Of a stretch of 64,000 bases of DNA, positions 60,734 through 64,000 are shown piece after piece. The notes under the pieces were generated by a model that was not told where the DNA came from, did no database searches, and saw only the letters and a list, made by a program, of their open reading frames with translations. This stretch comes from Podarcis filfolensis (Eukaryota). The stretch's first letter is position 1. Each line of letters opens with the position of its first letter. The DNA is taken from assembly GCA_964270895.1 (NCBI GenBank), contig OZ185444.1. One strand, written 5' to 3'. Position numbers and translations under genes: made by a program.

Positions 60734-63700
60734 AAACCTAACTGACCTTTTCAAGCATTCCCATTTATAATTCTGTGTGCATTCTGACCAACCTTTCCTT
60801 TAACATTTCCCTGATTCTCCACACATTGATTTTAGCTGTACAAGTTAGTCTTCAGAAAGGGACATTCAATGGAGTTAACATCATCAGAACTGTGCTGCAA
60901 CTTTGGGGCACTGCTTCAGTCCACAACTATCTATGTAGCAACTTGCATAGGGGGCAGCCAGCAGCCTGCAACTATTGACCTTAGACCTAGTGGACAACTA
61001 TTTCTGCTCATACTACTGCTTTATAAAGACAGAATGTTAACGCCACATTTTGTCCCCTCTTAGCAATTCATAAGGATGTTCCCCAATCTTCTTTTAACAA
61101 CATCAGATTTTAAGTCTCTTTCATTTATTATTTGTCTCTGTAGGCAGGTTCAAACTACTTGGAATACATTTTCCTCTTATTGTGAAAATGCTCAAACCAT
61201 ACTTTGCTACTATGATTCCATTACGATGAGCATTTTTGTTGTACATTAGTGCATTTGGGGCGCTATTTCAGTGTACAGAGCTAGTTTAATATCCAAAATA
61301 AGTTAATGAAGCAGTGGAAGTTGTGATAAGCATTTAAGTACTATTTTTATTCAGTATTGTACTTGAACTTCAGTGATGGCTCATCTGTGTAAATAATTTC
61401 ATCAACCTCCTGTGTTTGCCCATCCTTGAAGATTTTCTCATAAGGATGCTTAATGAAAAAATATATTGTGCTTTTGTCCTTGTCAGTGGTGTCAGAACAC
61501 ATAAGAGAGGCCCTGGTGGAGGGGCTAAATGGAACTGCTGATATAAATGAAGTCCCAGCAACATTTTGTCTGAACAACTAAGCAGGCTGCGCTATGTTTT
61601 TATATTTACAATGAATGGTTGGGGAGGATATTTTCAAGTCCATTTGAAGGACATGTTTGTTTATGTTTATTTCCTGTTGAATCTCATTTTCTTTTACACG
61701 CTCTTATAAAAATACTAGAAAAGCACTGACTTCTAATAGACTCTAAAGCACAAACCTAGGCTTCATATATTTTAACAAGAGTTATCAGTGGTAGAATACA
61801 TCAGTGGAGTTTTTTCACCCCTATGTTGAGAGGATGGCCATACTATGAAGATGCTAGATAGTTTTCTTTTGAGAAGGGGAAGTACATTTTTTGCAGTCCA
61901 CCCACATGAAAAGCTTGGAGGAGTTAGAAAATGCAGAGATGCAGTCCCCTTTGTGTTGAGCCTACCTTTTCAAAATACTGTGCAAAACTCCTGGAAATGC
62001 GGGGAGAGTAACATGGATCGCAGGAGGAAACTCCATTATACGTCTTCCAAACCTCACCAACAATATGGCAACATTATTGATTTCATTCCATTTATGAGGC
62101 ACTTCCTATAAAATATCCCAAAATGTTTTAACAATAAAACCAGCAGCAAGTAAAACAATTTATATAAAACAATTTCAAATGTAATACAGGTATAGATTTG
62201 GGGGGGGGGGGAATCAGCACCCTTGGAGCTCTAGTTTAGAAAAAGATTGTGGGCATACAAAGGTATCCATATTTTCTGCTTCTCCTATTTCTTTTTCTTT
62301 GCTTTTATTGTCATGATAAACACATGGAAAATGCTCTCTGAATCCTAAGTTTTAAAAGCCTGTCCTCAATTGTTCTCTGAGATCTTCTGACCATTTAGAG
62401 TTCAAGAGTGTTCAATTTAGTTTGTTAGTTTGGGAGATATTGATGTTTTGAGCAAGAAATATAGCAGCAATTCTTGGAACTCTTATTTTGTGGTACCTTC
62501 AGTATTTATTTTTTATCATCGATATAAAAAGAACATGCTTTGCAATTTTTAGCTTTTTATTCTAATGTCTGGGTTGGGCTCATAATTTTAATACCTACAC
62601 TGCATTAGTATGCCATCCTCATACCCCAACCAACCTCCATACCATCTCATATTATTCTTAACTGGAAGAAACTATTAACAATTTAGACAAAACCAAGAAA
62701 TCACTCAGTATGTGAAGTAGCTACGTATTACGAAGAGCATTCACAGATAAAGAACTGCATAATAGTAGTTAATATTTATACTGTACTCCCCTTAAGTATT
62801 CAAAGAGCTACATATCCTTGCTCAGTATCCTTATCTCTAGAATATCCCAGTGTAATTCTCTCATTATTTTTGGAGACTGGAGTTTAGTGGAATCCCTAAG
62901 GCTACCCAGTGAGCTTTAACACTGAGATTTGAATTGAGAACACCTCTTGCTCATAGCTTGTGTTCTTAACAACTGTACTCCACCAGGACAGTGCATTTTT
63001 TTTTTAGTAATATGATTGATAAATATAAAGTATAAAGTTGTTCCCTCAAGATACACTGTCAGTTTGTATTCATGATGCTTCCCCATCTGATCATTTTCCT
63101 CAAAGATTTATTCTATCTTTAGTATGTCTATATCCATCCCAGAGAAGAATTGTTCAGTACTGTAAAGTGTACCAGGAGGCAGAGCTGCGTTTTCTCATTC
63201 TCTGTCAGATAGATTTCTCTACATTTTCTCAGATAAATCGTAGAGCAGACCCTTAACTATTTTGGCACAGCATCTTCTTTCCTCCTGTAAAATATTGCTG
63301 GAGTTCTCGGTGACATCACCATCCATTTCAGAAGGAGCATGCAGATATTTCATGATCTATAAGTATCCTCCACTGAGCTGATGCAGCCTTCCTTGTAGGT
63401 AAACCTCAAGCATATATAGAAGAACTTCTGATGTGTAATTACCATTATAAATGACCTTTTCTCCCAGAGAAATATTGCATTGGCTGTTGCCAGCACTCAC
63501 AAAACATACTAGGCAACACCTGCATGACTTGTGTGGTATGTGGTCTGCAGGTATACCTGTGGTTTACTGGGATAAATCTACAGGTTTAGTGTAACTGTGT
63601 AGAGCAGTCACAACAAAGCAATGGAGAGTCCTTTCTCATTTATTGTTATGGAGAAATTAAGTCGTCACCTTAAAATTAAGTTAATTAATTTTCTAATTGA

Positions 63701-64000
63701 ATAAACCATTGGTTGTCTCAGCCATAATCAAGCAAGGAAGCAACATGTTAGGCAAATCTTAAACTGTACTTTTTCCTGCAAAATGCTGTTCGGTGTTGCT
63801 TACTGTGATATTTGCTTTTTGAAAAAGCTGAAGTAGAAACTGCCTGGTGATTCACAGATATATTTACCGTATTTTTTGCTCTATAAGACTCACTTTTTCC
63901 CTCCTAAAAAGTAAGGGGAAATGTGTTTGCGTCTTATGGAGCGAATGCAGGCTGTGCAGCTATCTCAGAAGCCAGAACAGCAAGAGGGATTGCTGCTTTC

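Larger units (their letters stand above)
1..64000 (+). other. TRHDE: Internal part of TRHDE gene (three exons plus introns; gene extends beyond both window ends)
   Basis: Three in-frame GT-AG exons give a continuous TRHDE-like peptide. Introns are 38804-43450 (4647 bp) and 43565-55423 (11859 bp). I looked by eye for the expected flanking exons (VRLYARPD...PKL and GAALIRML...) and did not find them. Exon numbering 4-6 is inferred from recalled mammalian structure. Confidence 0.93.

Noticed and set aside
61347-61577. Minus ORF with IIYTDEPSL resembling a Tc1/mariner first-aspartate motif
   Set aside because: A single short motif with no other DDE residues or TIRs.
573-63256. Most ORF-track entries (60-155 aa)
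   Set aside because: They have no recognisable domains, lie in repeats or antisense frames, and are what chance gives in 64 kb. Only those overlapping TRHDE exons or TE coding remnants were used.

Overview
Vertebrate (squamate) genomic DNA, most likely a lacertid lizard judging from its Sauria SINE and MITE families, with one 180-N gap. The window lies inside one large gene on the + strand, TRHDE (thyrotropin-releasing hormone-degrading ectoenzyme / pyroglutamyl peptidase II, M1 zinc aminopeptidase). Three internal coding exons (38649-38803, 43451-43564, 55424-55561; probably exons 4-6) splice in frame. Together they encode the catalytic core: AAMEN, HELCH-x18-E and the AYKK tyrosine. I found no neighbouring exons, so the rest is treated as intron. 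The introns hold many transposable elements: Sauria and other tRNA-head SINEs, L1/L2/CR1/RTE LINE fragments, Tigger-like and hAT MITEs, a decayed hAT-like transposase and unclassified LTR-like elements. I did not find a convincing new biological system. The most interesting observations are: an in-frame 104-codon read-through from exon 5 into a CR1 ORF2 C-terminus; a three-level nested insertion supported by target-site duplications; an LTR-like family with a covarying hairpin and no TSD; a 76-bp inverted duplication; and inverted SINE pairs around the catalytic exons. Repeat family names come from pattern recognition, not database searches.
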